Notes: generated from the sequence alone by a model not told the origin. 64,000 nucleotides of DNA from an uncultured bacterium (GCA_903916675.1 CAIWXQ010000016.1:18964-82963); one strand, 5' to 3'; positions 33,333-44,528 are shown, counted from the stretch's first letter. A program made the numbers and translations.

Positions 33333-34277
33333 TCACGCAAACACGCCCTGCGCTACACTCGCGGCATCCGGCAGGGGACTTTCTTCTGCAAATTGAATCG
33401 CTTGTTCAATGCGCGCCTTGGCTGCGGCGTGACGGGCGGTGAGATCGGCGTCGGTGGCGAGCTTCTGCGCCAGAAGATACGCCTCGAAGCGCGCGATCGG
33501 CTCGCGCTGCCAGGCGGCGGTTTCCTCGTCCCTGGCGCGGTATTCGCGGGGGTCACCGCGCGAGTGGCCGCTGAGGCGATAGGTCCGGCATTCGAGCAGG
33601 AAGGGGCCGTGGCCGCAGCGGGCGTGGTCGAGCGCGTCTGCCACGGTCTGCCGCACGGCCAGGAGATCGTTGCCATCGGTCTGCGCGGAGGCGATACCGT
33701 AAACTGTAGCGCGGTCGGCCACGTGGGGATGAGCTAGGGATCGCGAGGCGGTTGTGGACATGGCGTAGCCGTTGTTCTCGCAGAGGAAGACGACCGGGAG
33801 TTTCCAGAGCGCAGCGAGGTTGAGCGTCTCGTGGAAAACCCCCTGACTGGCGGCGCCGTCGCCGAAAAAGCAGAGCGCGACGCGCTTTGTGCCGCGCAAC
33901 TTGGCGTCGAGCGCGAGCCCGACGGCAAAGGGGATGCTGCCTCCTGTGATGCCGTTGGCGCCGTAGAAACCGATCGAGGCATCCATCATCATCTGGCTGC
34001 CGCCGCGGCCGCGCAAGTAGCCGGTGGCGCGACCGAACAATTCGGCCATCAGGCGGCCGGGCTCAGCGCCCCGGGCGAGGAAGTGGCCGTGGCCGCGGTG
34101 GGTGCTGGTGACGGCGTCCTGCGGCTGGAGCGCGGCCGCGGTGCCCACGGCCACGGCTTCCTGTCCGATGCAGGTGTGCGCCGTACCGCCGATGCGCCCC
34201 TCGCGGAAGAGGCGCTCCACGGCCTCCTCGAAACGGCGGATCGTCAGCATTTGCTCGTGGCAGGTGAGCAGGTCCAT
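33333..34277 (-). CDS. 2-oxoacid dehydrogenase E1 component alpha subunit (TPP-binding)
   Basis: 314 aa from MDLLTCHEQMLTIRRFEE. TPP motif FFGDGAASQGVFHETLNLAALWKLPVVFLCENNGYA. The upstream part of the track ORF is repeat-derived. Confidence 0.85.
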   Translation of the reverse strand: MDLLTCHEQMLTIRRFEEAVERLFREGRIGGTAHTCIGQEAVAVGTAAALQPQDAVTSTHRGHGHFLARGAEPGRLMAELFGRATGYLRGRGGSQMMMDASIGFYGANGITGGSIPFAVGLALDAKLRGTKRVALCFFGDGAASQGVFHETLNLAALWKLPVVFLCENNGYAMSTTASRSLAHPHVADRATVYGIASAQTDGNDLLAVRQTVADALDHARCGHGPFLLECRTYRLSGHSRGDPREYRARDEETAAWQREPIARFEAYLLAQKLATDADLTARHAAAKARIEQAIQFAEESPLPDAASVAQGVFA

Positions 34278-34369
34278 GGCGTCGCTCGGCAATCGGGCGG
34301 ACGGAATCGTCAGCCGGGCACAACGATAGGTCCTCGTCGCGCGGCATGCAAGCCAAGTGTGGGACTGCC

Positions 34370-34450
34370 CCTGGGAGCGCGGGCGTCTCGCCCGCCGATC
34401 CAGCAATTTTGCGTGCCCCCCCGTGCGGGCGGGACGCCCACGCTCCCAGG
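34370..34450. repeat. CTGGGAGCGCGGGCGTCCCGCCCGC-family inverted repeat
   Basis: CCTGGGAGCGCGGGCGTCTCGCCCGC (34370-34395) and GCGGGCGGGACGCCCACGCTCCCAGG (34425-34450). Confidence 0.8.
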
Positions 34451-34588
34451 GGGATTGGATTGCTGTTTTCCGATGTGGGCGATTGGTGTATGTTCGATAA
34501 CAGAGGCTTGCACAGGTAGGTAAGCGGTTGTTGGGGTAGCAAATCATGATATTCCTATTCGCAAGACTCAAAACGAACGTGACCTGAC

Positions 34589-35686
34589 ATGCCAATGCGA
34601 CACAACATCCGGACGCTTGCCGTATTGCTGGCTGTACTGGCAGCTGGCGGCGTGGCCGCACAGGAGGCGACGAACCTGCCGGATCTTCTGCAGCCGGCCG
34701 TCCGCCAATACGAGGAGTCATTCCGCGTGGCCGTGACTTCTGCGCCGCCGGCTGCGGCCCGGCCCGCCCCGTTGCCGCCAGTGATACCCGCGCCAGAGCC
34801 GCCGCTGGTTCCGGCCATGCGCGAGATTACCACGTTGCAGGCGGCGCTCGATCGCCGGGGGTTCGGCTGCGGACTGATCGACGGCCAGAACGGTGGCAAG
34901 ACGCGGCAGGCGCTGCTCGATTTCCGGTATGCGAATGCCACCAACCGCCTGGCAGCTGACGAGGCGCGGCAGGTGTTGCTCGATGACCCTGCGCCCGCGT
35001 TTGCGCTGGTCGAGGTCTCCTCCAACGACCTGGCGCAGGTGGGCGAGGCGCCGAGCGACTGGGAAGAGGCGGCAGACCTCGATGCCATGGCCTGCCGTAC
35101 GCTGCTGGAGTGGCTTTCCGAGAAGTTTCATGTCAGCCAGGTCCTCCTGCGGCGGCTCAACCCGAAAGTATCTGCCTGGGACGAGAGCCTGGCAGGACAG
35201 CGCCTCTGCGTGCCGAACGTACGGCCGGAGGCAATGAAGTTCGACGTGCGGCAGATCGCGATCGATACGCACGTCTTCCGGCTGCGCGGCTACGACGCCC
35301 GCGGCCGGATGGTCTGCTCCTTCCCATGCTCGATCGCGCGCGACCGCGCTAAGGTGCCGGCTGGCGAACTGACCGTGGCGAATGTCGCGCCGCACCCCAA
35401 CTACACGTTCGACCCCGCCAACTTTCCCGAATCCGTGCGCGCCCGGCAGATCGGCCGCAAGCTGATCCTGCCGCCGGGGCCGCGCAACCCGGTGGGTGTC
35501 TACTGGGTCTCGCTGAGCCAGCCGGGGTATGGCATCCACGGCACGCCGCACCCGGAGAGCATCGGCAACATGGAGTCGCACGGCTGCTTCCGCCTCTGCA
35601 ACTGGGACGCGCACACGCTCGGGCAGGGAATTTCTCTCGGCCTTCCGGTCGTGCTCGACGCGCCAGCGCGCATTCTGGCGAAATGA
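34589..35686 (+). CDS. L,D-transpeptidase (YkuD) with peptidoglycan-binding domain
   Basis: Signal peptide; PG-binding-like LQAALDRRGFGCGLIDGQNGGKTRQAL; catalytic HGTPHPESIGNMESHGCFRL. Confidence 0.85.
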   Translation: MPMRHNIRTLAVLLAVLAAGGVAAQEATNLPDLLQPAVRQYEESFRVAVTSAPPAAARPAPLPPVIPAPEPPLVPAMREITTLQAALDRRGFGCGLIDGQNGGKTRQALLDFRYANATNRLAADEARQVLLDDPAPAFALVEVSSNDLAQVGEAPSDWEEAADLDAMACRTLLEWLSEKFHVSQVLLRRLNPKVSAWDESLAGQRLCVPNVRPEAMKFDVRQIAIDTHVFRLRGYDARGRMVCSFPCSIARDRAKVPAGELTVANVAPHPNYTFDPANFPESVRARQIGRKLILPPGPRNPVGVYWVSLSQPGYGIHGTPHPESIGNMESHGCFRLCNWDAHTLGQGISLGLPVVLDAPARILAK

Positions 35687-35777
35687 TCTGCTCCGCTGCC
35701 GTCCCACGTACTTGTCCCTGCGAATCTTCTCCGCGCTTGAACCGTCGGGAGGGGCATGGGAAGATACGCGGCACAGA

Positions 35778-37403
35778 ATGAAGACCTACGATCCAGCCGC
35801 GCGGACCATGCACATCGACCTGGTCCCTGCACCGCCCGCGCCGGATGGGACGCCGCCGCCGCGCCGCCGCAAGCGGGCACCCGCGCCGCCGGCGTTCGTG
35901 GCGCGCCGCCGCGACCGCGTGTCGCGCGACACCCCCTACGACAAGCTTTTGGAGAGCGTCTACGACGGGGTCTTCATCACCGACCGCCACGGCGCGATCC
36001 TCGACTTCAACGCCCGCGCCGCCGAACTCTTCAAGCTCGAGGAGGCCCAGATCCTCGGCCTGCCGGTCGTCGAGCTGATCTCCGGCGCGGACGAGCGGCT
36101 GATCGAGACCGTGCAGGCCAACCACGGCAACAGCCGCTACACGCTCATCGAGGCTCACTGCCTGCGCCCCGACGGCGCCACGTTCCCGGCCGAAATCGCC
36201 GTGAACCGTGTGGACCTCGATGCCGAGGGGCAGCTTTGCTTCTTCGTGCGTGACACCACACTGCGCCACCAGACCCTGGAAGCCCTCGAGGCGGCCGTGG
36301 AGCGGCTGCAGGCGCACGACCGCGCCCGCTCAGAGTTCGTCTCCAACGTCTCCCACGAGCTGCGCACGCCGCTGACCTCCATGATCTACGCCGTGGGCAA
36401 CATGCTGCGCGGCGTGGTCGGCCCGCTCCCCGAGAAGGCCGTGCGCTACCTGGAGCGCCTGGAGTCCGACTGCCGCCGCCTGCTGGGGACGATCAACGAC
36501 ATCCTCGACCTGCGGCAGATCGAGAGCGGTAGTCTCACGCTCAACAAGACGCGTGTGCCGGTGGCCCAGCTCTTTCAGGGGAGCGTGGAGGCGCTGCGCG
36601 TGCAGGCCGAAGCCAAGCGGCAGAAGCTGACGGTCGAGTCGTCGGCGCGCGAGTGCTTCACGCTGTGCGACCGGCAGAAGATGGAGCGCGTGCTGATCAA
36701 CGTCATCGGCAACGCCATCAAGTTCACGCAGGAGGAAGGCGAGATCCGCGTGCAGCTGGCACTCGACCCGGCCGCGCCGGAGTGGCTGGACCTGCAGGTC
36801 AGCGACAACGGCAGCGGCATCTCCAAGGAAGCCATCGCCAAGGTCACGCAGCGCTACTTCAAGGTGGGCAACCATCCGGACGGTTCCGGCTTGGGGCTCT
36901 CGATCTCACGCGAAATCGTGGAACTGCACGGCGGCGCGCTGCTGATCGAGAGCCCGGTGCCGGGGTTGGGCCGCGGCACGGTTGTGCACGTGCGGCTGGC
37001 GGTGGCGCCGCCGCCGGTGGTGCTGGTGGCCCTGGCCGAGGAGCCGGTGGCCGAGGCGCTGCGGCTGGCCATTGCTGCGCGCGGCTATGCTGCGGAGCGC
37101 GTCGGCACCGGGCAGGAGACCCTGGCACGCTGCGCCGCGCAGCCGCCGGACCTTCTGGTACTGGAACTGGGGCTGCCGGACTTGGACGGCGCCGAGCTGG
37201 CGCTGCGTGTGCGCGACGACCGCCGGACGCAGCGCCTGCCGCTCATTGCCCTGGCGCGCGAGGCACCGGCCCGGGCCAAGCTGGATGTCCTGCAGCAACT
37301 CAACGTTCCGGTCCTGTCCCAGCCGTGGCGGGAGGCGGACATCCTCAATCGTATTGCCATGGTGTTCGCGGGCCGCGGTCCGGCCTCACGTCCGGGTGGG
37401 TGA
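35778..37403 (+). CDS. PAS-domain hybrid sensor histidine kinase with atypical C-terminal receiver
   Basis: 541 aa from MKTYDP. PAS (VFITDRHGAILDFN), HisKA (SHELRTPLTS), HATPase (GNAIKFT, DNGSGI, GLGLSI). The receiver-like tail has LVLELGLPDLDG, with Glu where the phospho-Asp is expected. Confidence 0.8.
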   Translation: MKTYDPAARTMHIDLVPAPPAPDGTPPPRRRKRAPAPPAFVARRRDRVSRDTPYDKLLESVYDGVFITDRHGAILDFNARAAELFKLEEAQILGLPVVELISGADERLIETVQANHGNSRYTLIEAHCLRPDGATFPAEIAVNRVDLDAEGQLCFFVRDTTLRHQTLEALEAAVERLQAHDRARSEFVSNVSHELRTPLTSMIYAVGNMLRGVVGPLPEKAVRYLERLESDCRRLLGTINDILDLRQIESGSLTLNKTRVPVAQLFQGSVEALRVQAEAKRQKLTVESSARECFTLCDRQKMERVLINVIGNAIKFTQEEGEIRVQLALDPAAPEWLDLQVSDNGSGISKEAIAKVTQRYFKVGNHPDGSGLGLSISREIVELHGGALLIESPVPGLGRGTVVHVRLAVAPPPVVLVALAEEPVAEALRLAIAARGYAAERVGTGQETLARCAAQPPDLLVLELGLPDLDGAELALRVRDDRRTQRLPLIALAREAPARAKLDVLQQLNVPVLSQPWREADILNRIAMVFAGRGPASRPGG

Positions 37404-37494
37404 CGCCAAACCCGTCATTGCGATTGGGTGGGGAAATGCGTTATTGTTAGACGCATTCGTCGGCGGCGCGACACGTCCCGGCAGGGAGTCATTT

Positions 37495-38271
37495 ATGTCC
37501 TCTGGAACAACAGGCAAGCGCCGGATTCTGCTGGTGGACGACGACACCAGCCTGCTCGAAACCCTCGGCGATTTTCTGAGCTACGAAGGGTATGAGGTCG
37601 TGACCGCCACCAGCGCCGAGCAGGGGCTGCAACTGCTGCGCGTCGCGCCGCCGGATATCATCATCCTGGACATGAGCATGCCGGGCATGGGTGGCGTCGG
37701 GTTCCTCGACCGCATCACCAACGCCGACGGCAGCACGCAGGTCCCGGTGCTGGTGCTGACGGCGCGCGCAGCCATGGCGTCGTACTTCGCCGACAAGCAG
37801 ATCGACGGCTTCATCGCCAAGCCCTGCGAGCAGTTGGATCTGCTCACCGAGGTCAGCCGCATCCTCTTCCTGCGCGGCGACATGCCCCGGCCCGCGGCGG
37901 CGGCCATCCCCGTGGTGCTGGCGGAGAGCGACCACCTGCTGAACGAGGCGCTGACCCAGGCGCTCACCCAGGCGGGCTGCGCCGTGAAGTCCTGTTTCAC
38001 CGGCCCCGACGCCATCGAGGCCGCGGTCACCGTGCGGCCGATGGCCATGATCCTGCGCCTGGAACTGGCCGTCATGAGCGCGGACGAGGTCTGCCGCTTG
38101 CTGCGGCGCCTGCCGGGCACGCGCGCCACGCCGGTGGTGGTGTACGGCGTCGATGCGCCGGGCGCGCAGATCGAACACGTGGCGGGGCTGGACGAGCAGA
38201 CCGCCCGGCTGGTCAAGGACCTGTCAACGGAGCGGATCGTGCAGGCCGTGTGCAGCGTGGTACGAATCTAG
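37495..38271 (+). CDS. response regulator with one canonical and one degenerate receiver domain, no output domain
   Basis: 258 aa. REC1 has LLVDDD, IIILDMSMPGMGG and FIAKP. The second REC-like half has ILRLEL at the acceptor position. Confidence 0.8.
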   Translation: MSSGTTGKRRILLVDDDTSLLETLGDFLSYEGYEVVTATSAEQGLQLLRVAPPDIIILDMSMPGMGGVGFLDRITNADGSTQVPVLVLTARAAMASYFADKQIDGFIAKPCEQLDLLTEVSRILFLRGDMPRPAAAAIPVVLAESDHLLNEALTQALTQAGCAVKSCFTGPDAIEAAVTVRPMAMILRLELAVMSADEVCRLLRRLPGTRATPVVVYGVDAPGAQIEHVAGLDEQTARLVKDLSTERIVQAVCSVVRI

Positions 38272-38276
38272 CAGCT

Positions 38277-38368
38277 TGTCGGACGTAGAGTAGAATTGGC
38301 CCATCACTAGGAACCTGTCGGCACAAGGTTTTGGAACAATCCGGGCGCTACGTCCGACAGGTTCCTAG
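38277..38368 (+). promoter_or_regulatory. nrdR leader with mutually exclusive perfect pairings
   Basis: CTACGTCCGACAGGTTCCTAG (38348-38368) can pair with CTAGGAACCTGTCGG (38307-38321, 15 bp) or with TGTCGGACGTAG (38277-38288, 12 bp). The two pairings share CCGACA. Confidence 0.4.
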
Positions 38369-38393
38369 GAGCGGGCGGAAGGGGAGACGAGCC

Positions 38394-38849
38394 ATGCGGT
38401 GCCCGAAGTGCGGACATACGGACGACAAGGTGCTGGACAGCCGTGCGGCGCGCGACAGCGTCGCCATCCGGCGGCGGCGCGCCTGCCTTGGGTGCAACCA
38501 CCGCTTCACGACGTACGAGGAGATCGTCAAGGACGCCCTGCGCGTGGTCAAGCGCGACGGCCGCCGCGAGGAGCTGAGCCGCCTCAAGCTGATGAGCGGC
38601 ATCCTGCGCGCCTGCGAGAAGCGCCCGATCAGCCCCATGAAGATCGAGGAGATGGTCGACGAGATCATCGACCAGATCGAGCAGGAGTATGACGCCGAGG
38701 TGCCGAGCGGCGTCATCGGCGAGAAGGTGATGGCCCGTCTCGAGAAGCTCGACGAGGTCGCCTACGTCCGTTTCGCCTCCGTCTACAAGCGCTTTGCCGA
38801 CGTCAACCAGTTCCTCAACGCCATCCAAGGAATCGTGGGAAAATCGTGA
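38394..38849 (+). CDS. nrdR: transcriptional repressor NrdR
   Basis: 151 aa. MRCPKCGH..CLGCNHRFTTYE zinc ribbon followed by an ATP-cone (VVKRDGRREE..). Confidence 0.9.
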   Translation: MRCPKCGHTDDKVLDSRAARDSVAIRRRRACLGCNHRFTTYEEIVKDALRVVKRDGRREELSRLKLMSGILRACEKRPISPMKIEEMVDEIIDQIEQEYDAEVPSGVIGEKVMARLEKLDEVAYVRFASVYKRFADVNQFLNAIQGIVGKS

Positions 38850-38889
38850 GGCGGCCGGAGTACCGGAGACTTCACAGTTTTCTTGGGGG

Positions 38890-39855
38890 ATGAATCACAT
38901 GGTGTCTGAAGCCCGCATCCGCGCCGAGCTGGACAATGTGCTCGACGCCACCGACTTCCCCGGCCTGGGCAAGCGCATCAGCGGCAAAGTGCGCGACAGT
39001 TACCTGCTGGACGGCCGCCGGGTGCTGATCACCACAGACCGCATCTCGGCCTTCGACCGCATCCTCGGGACGATTCCGTTCAAGGGGCAGGTGCTCAACC
39101 AGATCGCGGCCTTCTGGTTCCAGAAGACCGCCGCTGTGGGCGCCAACCACATGCTGGCCGTGCCCGACCCGAACGTGATGATCGTGGCCGAGTGCGAGCA
39201 GCTTCCGCTCGAATTCATCGTGCGCGGCTACGTCACCGGCGTGACCAAGACCTCCGCCTGGTACAACTACCAGCAGGGCGTGCGCAACCTCTGCGGCAAC
39301 CCGCTGCCCGAAGGGCTGCGCAAGGATCAGCAGCTCGCGCAGCCGATTCTCACGCCCACCACCAAGCACGAGGAGCACGACCGCAACATCTCCCGCGACG
39401 AGGCGATTCGCGAGGGGCTCATCGACGGCGCGACCTTCGACGAGGCTGCGGCGCTCTGCTTCCGGCTGTTCGACGCAGGTGTGCGCCACGCCGCCGCACG
39501 CGGGCTGATCCTGGTGGACACCAAGTACGAGATCGGCCGTCGCCACGGACAGCTCGTCGTGAGCGACGAGATTCACACGCCGGACTCCTCGCGTTACTGG
39601 TACACGGACACCTACGCGGAACTTTTCCAGCAGGGGAAGGACCAGCGCAAGCTCGACAAGGAGTATGTGCGCGAATGGCTCGTTTCGCAGGGGTTCCGCG
39701 GCGACGGGCCCATCCCTGTGCTGCCCGACGAAATCCGCATCGAGGCGGCCCGGCGCTACATCCAGGCGTACGAGCTGGTCACCGGCCTGGAATTCCAGCC
39801 GGTCGAGGGGCCGATCCGCGACCGCGTCCGCCAGGCGCTCGCGCGCGTGGCCTGA
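38890..39855 (+). CDS. purC: phosphoribosylaminoimidazole-succinocarboxamide synthase
   Basis: GKVRDSY, TTDRISAFD, LVDTKYEIG. Alternative ATG at 38899. Confidence 0.85.
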   Translation: MNHMVSEARIRAELDNVLDATDFPGLGKRISGKVRDSYLLDGRRVLITTDRISAFDRILGTIPFKGQVLNQIAAFWFQKTAAVGANHMLAVPDPNVMIVAECEQLPLEFIVRGYVTGVTKTSAWYNYQQGVRNLCGNPLPEGLRKDQQLAQPILTPTTKHEEHDRNISRDEAIREGLIDGATFDEAAALCFRLFDAGVRHAAARGLILVDTKYEIGRRHGQLVVSDEIHTPDSSRYWYTDTYAELFQQGKDQRKLDKEYVREWLVSQGFRGDGPIPVLPDEIRIEAARRYIQAYELVTGLEFQPVEGPIRDRVRQALARVA

Positions 39856-39886
39856 CCCGCGGCCGCACGCGAAGGAAAGTCACACG

Positions 39887-41218
<1,332 letters not shown>

Positions 41219-41233
41219 CGGAACCGCAGAATA

Positions 41234-41337
41234 TCGAATGTCGAGCCGCAGAATCAGGAAGGCTGGACGATTGAGTAATGAACAGAGGCGCCAACCTTCC
41301 TGATTCGAAGTTCCTGGTTCGATGTTCGACATTTCGA
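41234..41337. repeat. nested imperfect inverted repeat filling the gcvPA-gcvPB spacer
   Basis: Inner arms GAATCAGGAAGGCTGG (41251-41266) and CCAACCTTCCTGATTC (41291-41306), 15 of 16 complementary. Outer arms TCGAATGTCGA (41234-41244) and TCGACATTTCGA (41326-41337). Confidence 0.7.
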
Positions 41338-41350
41338 AGCTGAAAGCCCC

Positions 41351-42817
41351 ATGAACACTTCGCCATCCCAGTTGATTTTCGAGCAGTCCGTTCCCGGCCG
41401 GCGCGGCTGCACGCTGCCGAAGCTGACGCCAGCAGAGGCAGCCTGCGCGCTGCGCATCCCCAACAAGTACCTGGCAACGAAGCCGCCGGAACTGCCGGAG
41501 GTGAGCGAGCTCGATGTGGTGCGCCACTTCACGAATCTCTCTCGCAAGAACTTCAGCGTAGATACCCACTTCTACCCGCTGGGTTCCTGCACCATGAAGT
41601 ACAACCCCAAGATCTGCGAGAAAATTGCGGCGCTCGACGGCTTTGCCGGCCTGCATCCGCTCCTGCCGCAGCTCCGCGGTGGCGGCATGCTGACGCAGGG
41701 CGCGCTGGAGGTGCTCTACGAGACCGAGCGCCTGCTGGCTGAGATCTGCGGCATGGATGCCATGAGCCTCCAGCCCATGGCCGGCGCGCATGGCGAACTC
41801 ACGGGCATCATGCTGATCGCCGCCTACCACCGCGACCGCGGCAACCGCAAGACCAAGGTGATCGTGCCGGACTCCTCCCACGGCACCAACCCCGCCAGCG
41901 CCGCGCTGGCCGGCTACGAGGTGGTCACTGTTCCGAGCGGACCGGACGGCTGCATGGACATGGCGGCCTTTGAGGCGGCGCTGGACGATCAAGTGGCGGC
42001 CATCATGATGACCTGCCCGAACACGCTGGGGCTCTTCGAGCGGCAGATCCACCGCATCGCCGAGCTGGCCCATGCGAAGGACGCGCTGCTCTATTACGAC
42101 GGCGCCAACCTGAATGCCCTGCTGGGGCAGTGCCATCCGGGAGACCTCGGGTTCGACGTGGTGCACATCAACCTGCACAAGACCTTTGCTACACCGCACG
42201 GCGGCGGCGGCCCCGGTGCAGGGCCGGTGGGCGTGAAGGCGGCACTGATCCCGTTCCTTCCCATCAGCGTGGTCGTGAAACGCGATGACGGCACCTACGC
42301 GCTGGAGTACACCCGCGAGAAGTCCATCGGCTACATCGCACCATTCTATGGCAACTTCGGTGTGATTTTAAAAGCCTATGCCTACCTCCTGCTGCTGGGG
42401 CGCGACGGGCTCCAGGCGGTCTCCGAGAATGCGGTGCTGGCCGCGAACTACATCAAGGAAAAGCTCAAGCCGCATTTCGACCTGCCGTTCGACCACACCT
42501 GCATGCATGAGTGCGTCTTCGATGCTGGCCGCCAGGCCGCCCGCGGCGTGCATGCCATTGACATTGCCAAGGCGCTGATCGACCGCGGCTTCCATCCGCC
42601 GACGGTCTACTTCCCGCTCGTGGTCCATGAGGCGATCATGATCGAGCCCACGGAGACGGAGTCCAAGGAAGATCTCGACCGCTTCATCGCGGCCATGATC
42701 GAGATCGTGGAACAGGCCAAGGCCAACCCCGCCGCCTTTGCCGCGCTGCCGGTCACCATGCCGGTCACGCGCCTGGACGAGACCAAGGCCGAGAAAAACA
42801 TGAAGTTCCGGGTGTAG
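41351..42817 (+). CDS. gcvPB: glycine dehydrogenase (aminomethyl-transferring) subunit 2
   Basis: 488 aa. SHGTNPASA, and PLP-lysine context NLHKTFATPHGGGGPG. Confidence 0.9.
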   Translation: MNTSPSQLIFEQSVPGRRGCTLPKLTPAEAACALRIPNKYLATKPPELPEVSELDVVRHFTNLSRKNFSVDTHFYPLGSCTMKYNPKICEKIAALDGFAGLHPLLPQLRGGGMLTQGALEVLYETERLLAEICGMDAMSLQPMAGAHGELTGIMLIAAYHRDRGNRKTKVIVPDSSHGTNPASAALAGYEVVTVPSGPDGCMDMAAFEAALDDQVAAIMMTCPNTLGLFERQIHRIAELAHAKDALLYYDGANLNALLGQCHPGDLGFDVVHINLHKTFATPHGGGGPGAGPVGVKAALIPFLPISVVVKRDDGTYALEYTREKSIGYIAPFYGNFGVILKAYAYLLLLGRDGLQAVSENAVLAANYIKEKLKPHFDLPFDHTCMHECVFDAGRQAARGVHAIDIAKALIDRGFHPPTVYFPLVVHEAIMIEPTETESKEDLDRFIAAMIEIVEQAKANPAAFAALPVTMPVTRLDETKAEKNMKFRV

Positions 42818-42981
42818 CGGCGGGCCAGTGCCGTACGCGCAAAACCTGCCGGCTGCTGTCGCCGCCGCCTTTCGACGGGCGCAGGGCAGCGCCCCGCGGC
42901 GGCTGGGTGCGGCCATTTCGCCGCGCTCCATTTTTCACGCCCCCAGTTGAAGAAAACGTCCGTTTGGGTTACTCTATTGAC

Positions 42982-43737
42982 ATGGATCCGATGGCGATAA
43001 CCTTTGACGGGCTGGGCGTCCGCTTCCCCTCGCGGAGGGGCGATGTGGTAGCGCTGGACAACCTCGACATCTCCGTGGCGCCGGGAAGGATCTTTGGCTT
43101 CCTCGGCCCCAACGGCGCGGGCAAGACCACGGCGATTCACGTGCTGCTCGGGTTTCTTTCGGCAACCTCGGGCCGCGCTTCGGTGTTTGGTTGCGACGTG
43201 CGCGAAACGATTGCGCGGCAGCGCATCGGCTACCTGCCGGAGCACCCGGACGTCTACCGGTTCCTGACCGGTCGCGAGATGTTGCGCTTTGCAGGCCGCC
43301 TGTGCGGACTTGATGGCGCGGTGCTGGATCAACGGGCCGAGGCGGTGCTGCAGGAGGTCGACCTGACGGCCGCCGCGGACCGGCGCATCGCGACCTATTC
43401 GCGTGGCATGCGCCAGCGCGTCTGCCTGGCACAGGCGCTGATCCACGAGCCGGATCTGCTGATCCTCGACGAACCGACCGGTGGGCTGGACCCCATCGGC
43501 CGGCTGCTGGTCCGGCGGATCATCAGTGACTGGCGCGATCATGGCCGGACGGTATTTTTCTCCTCGCACGAGTTGTCAGAGGTCGAGCTGGTCTGCGACC
43601 GCGTTTGCATTCTGGCGCGTGGACGCGTGGTCGCGCAGGGCGTGCCGCATGAACTGGCAGCCCCCGGCGAACGGCTCGAGCAGTTTTTCATGCGCGTGGT
43701 GGTGGCCGAGGCCGCGCCGGCGAACGGAGGCCGCTGA
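42982..43737 (+). CDS. ABC transporter ATP-binding protein
   Basis: 251 aa from MDPMAITF. Walker A GPNGAGKTT, signature YSRGMRQR, Walker B LLILDEPT. Confidence 0.85.
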   Translation: MDPMAITFDGLGVRFPSRRGDVVALDNLDISVAPGRIFGFLGPNGAGKTTAIHVLLGFLSATSGRASVFGCDVRETIARQRIGYLPEHPDVYRFLTGREMLRFAGRLCGLDGAVLDQRAEAVLQEVDLTAAADRRIATYSRGMRQRVCLAQALIHEPDLLILDEPTGGLDPIGRLLVRRIISDWRDHGRTVFFSSHELSEVELVCDRVCILARGRVVAQGVPHELAAPGERLEQFFMRVVVAEAAPANGGR

Positions 43738-44528
43738 TGCGCAACGTGCTGGCCGTGGCAGGTGTCGTGCTGCGCTGCTGGGCGCGGCGCAAGGAAGGGT
43801 ACATCCTGGTCGTCCTCCTGGCGGCCGCTCAATATGCCATTGCGTCCATGCAGGTCCTGGCGAGCGGAGGACCGGGGCTCTATCTCTACGACGTGGGGCT
43901 GTTGCTGACATGGTTCCTGGGGTGGATCGTCGCGATTCATGTCGGCGCCTCTGAACTCCCTGGCGAAGAGTCGCACGGCACGATCTTTCTCCTGCTGGCC
44001 AAGCCATTGGACCGAGCCGAGTTGCTGGTCGGGAAGTGGCTGGGCGCCTGGACGACAGTGGCGGCTTGTACGCTGGCTTTTCATGCCGTGGCGCTGGCCT
44101 CAGCGCTGCTCACGGGTGTGCATCCGCCGCTGGCGGCCATGGGCCAGATGTGCCTGCTGCACATTGTCTCGCTCGCCGTGCTTACGGCCATGGCCATCGC
44201 AGTTTCCACGCGGTTCAACCGCGATGCTGCCGTGTCGCTGACCGTGACGGCGGTGCTGGCGATGTTCCTGATCGTGCCGAAGATTCCCAAGTTCATTGTG
44301 ACCACCGCCGGATGGCGCGCCAGCATGTTCGAGGCTCTGTACTACGCGCTGCCGCACCTGGACCTCTTCGACATGCGCCGCCGGGTGCTGCACGGCTATG
44401 GACCGATCTCCGGCGGCACGTTCCTCACGCTGGTCGGCTACGGCGCGGTCTGGGCCGGCGTGCTGCTTTTCATCGCTTGGCTGGCCTACCGCCGTCGCCG
44501 CTTCCAGCGCGATCGATTGCTGGAGTAA
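43737..44528 (+). CDS. ABC-2 type transporter permease
   Basis: 263 aa with about six hydrophobic segments. Start overlaps the ATPase stop (TGATG). Confidence 0.7.
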   Translation: MRNVLAVAGVVLRCWARRKEGYILVVLLAAAQYAIASMQVLASGGPGLYLYDVGLLLTWFLGWIVAIHVGASELPGEESHGTIFLLLAKPLDRAELLVGKWLGAWTTVAACTLAFHAVALASALLTGVHPPLAAMGQMCLLHIVSLAVLTAMAIAVSTRFNRDAAVSLTVTAVLAMFLIVPKIPKFIVTTAGWRASMFEALYYALPHLDLFDMRRRVLHGYGPISGGTFLTLVGYGAVWAGVLLFIAWLAYRRRRFQRDRLLE

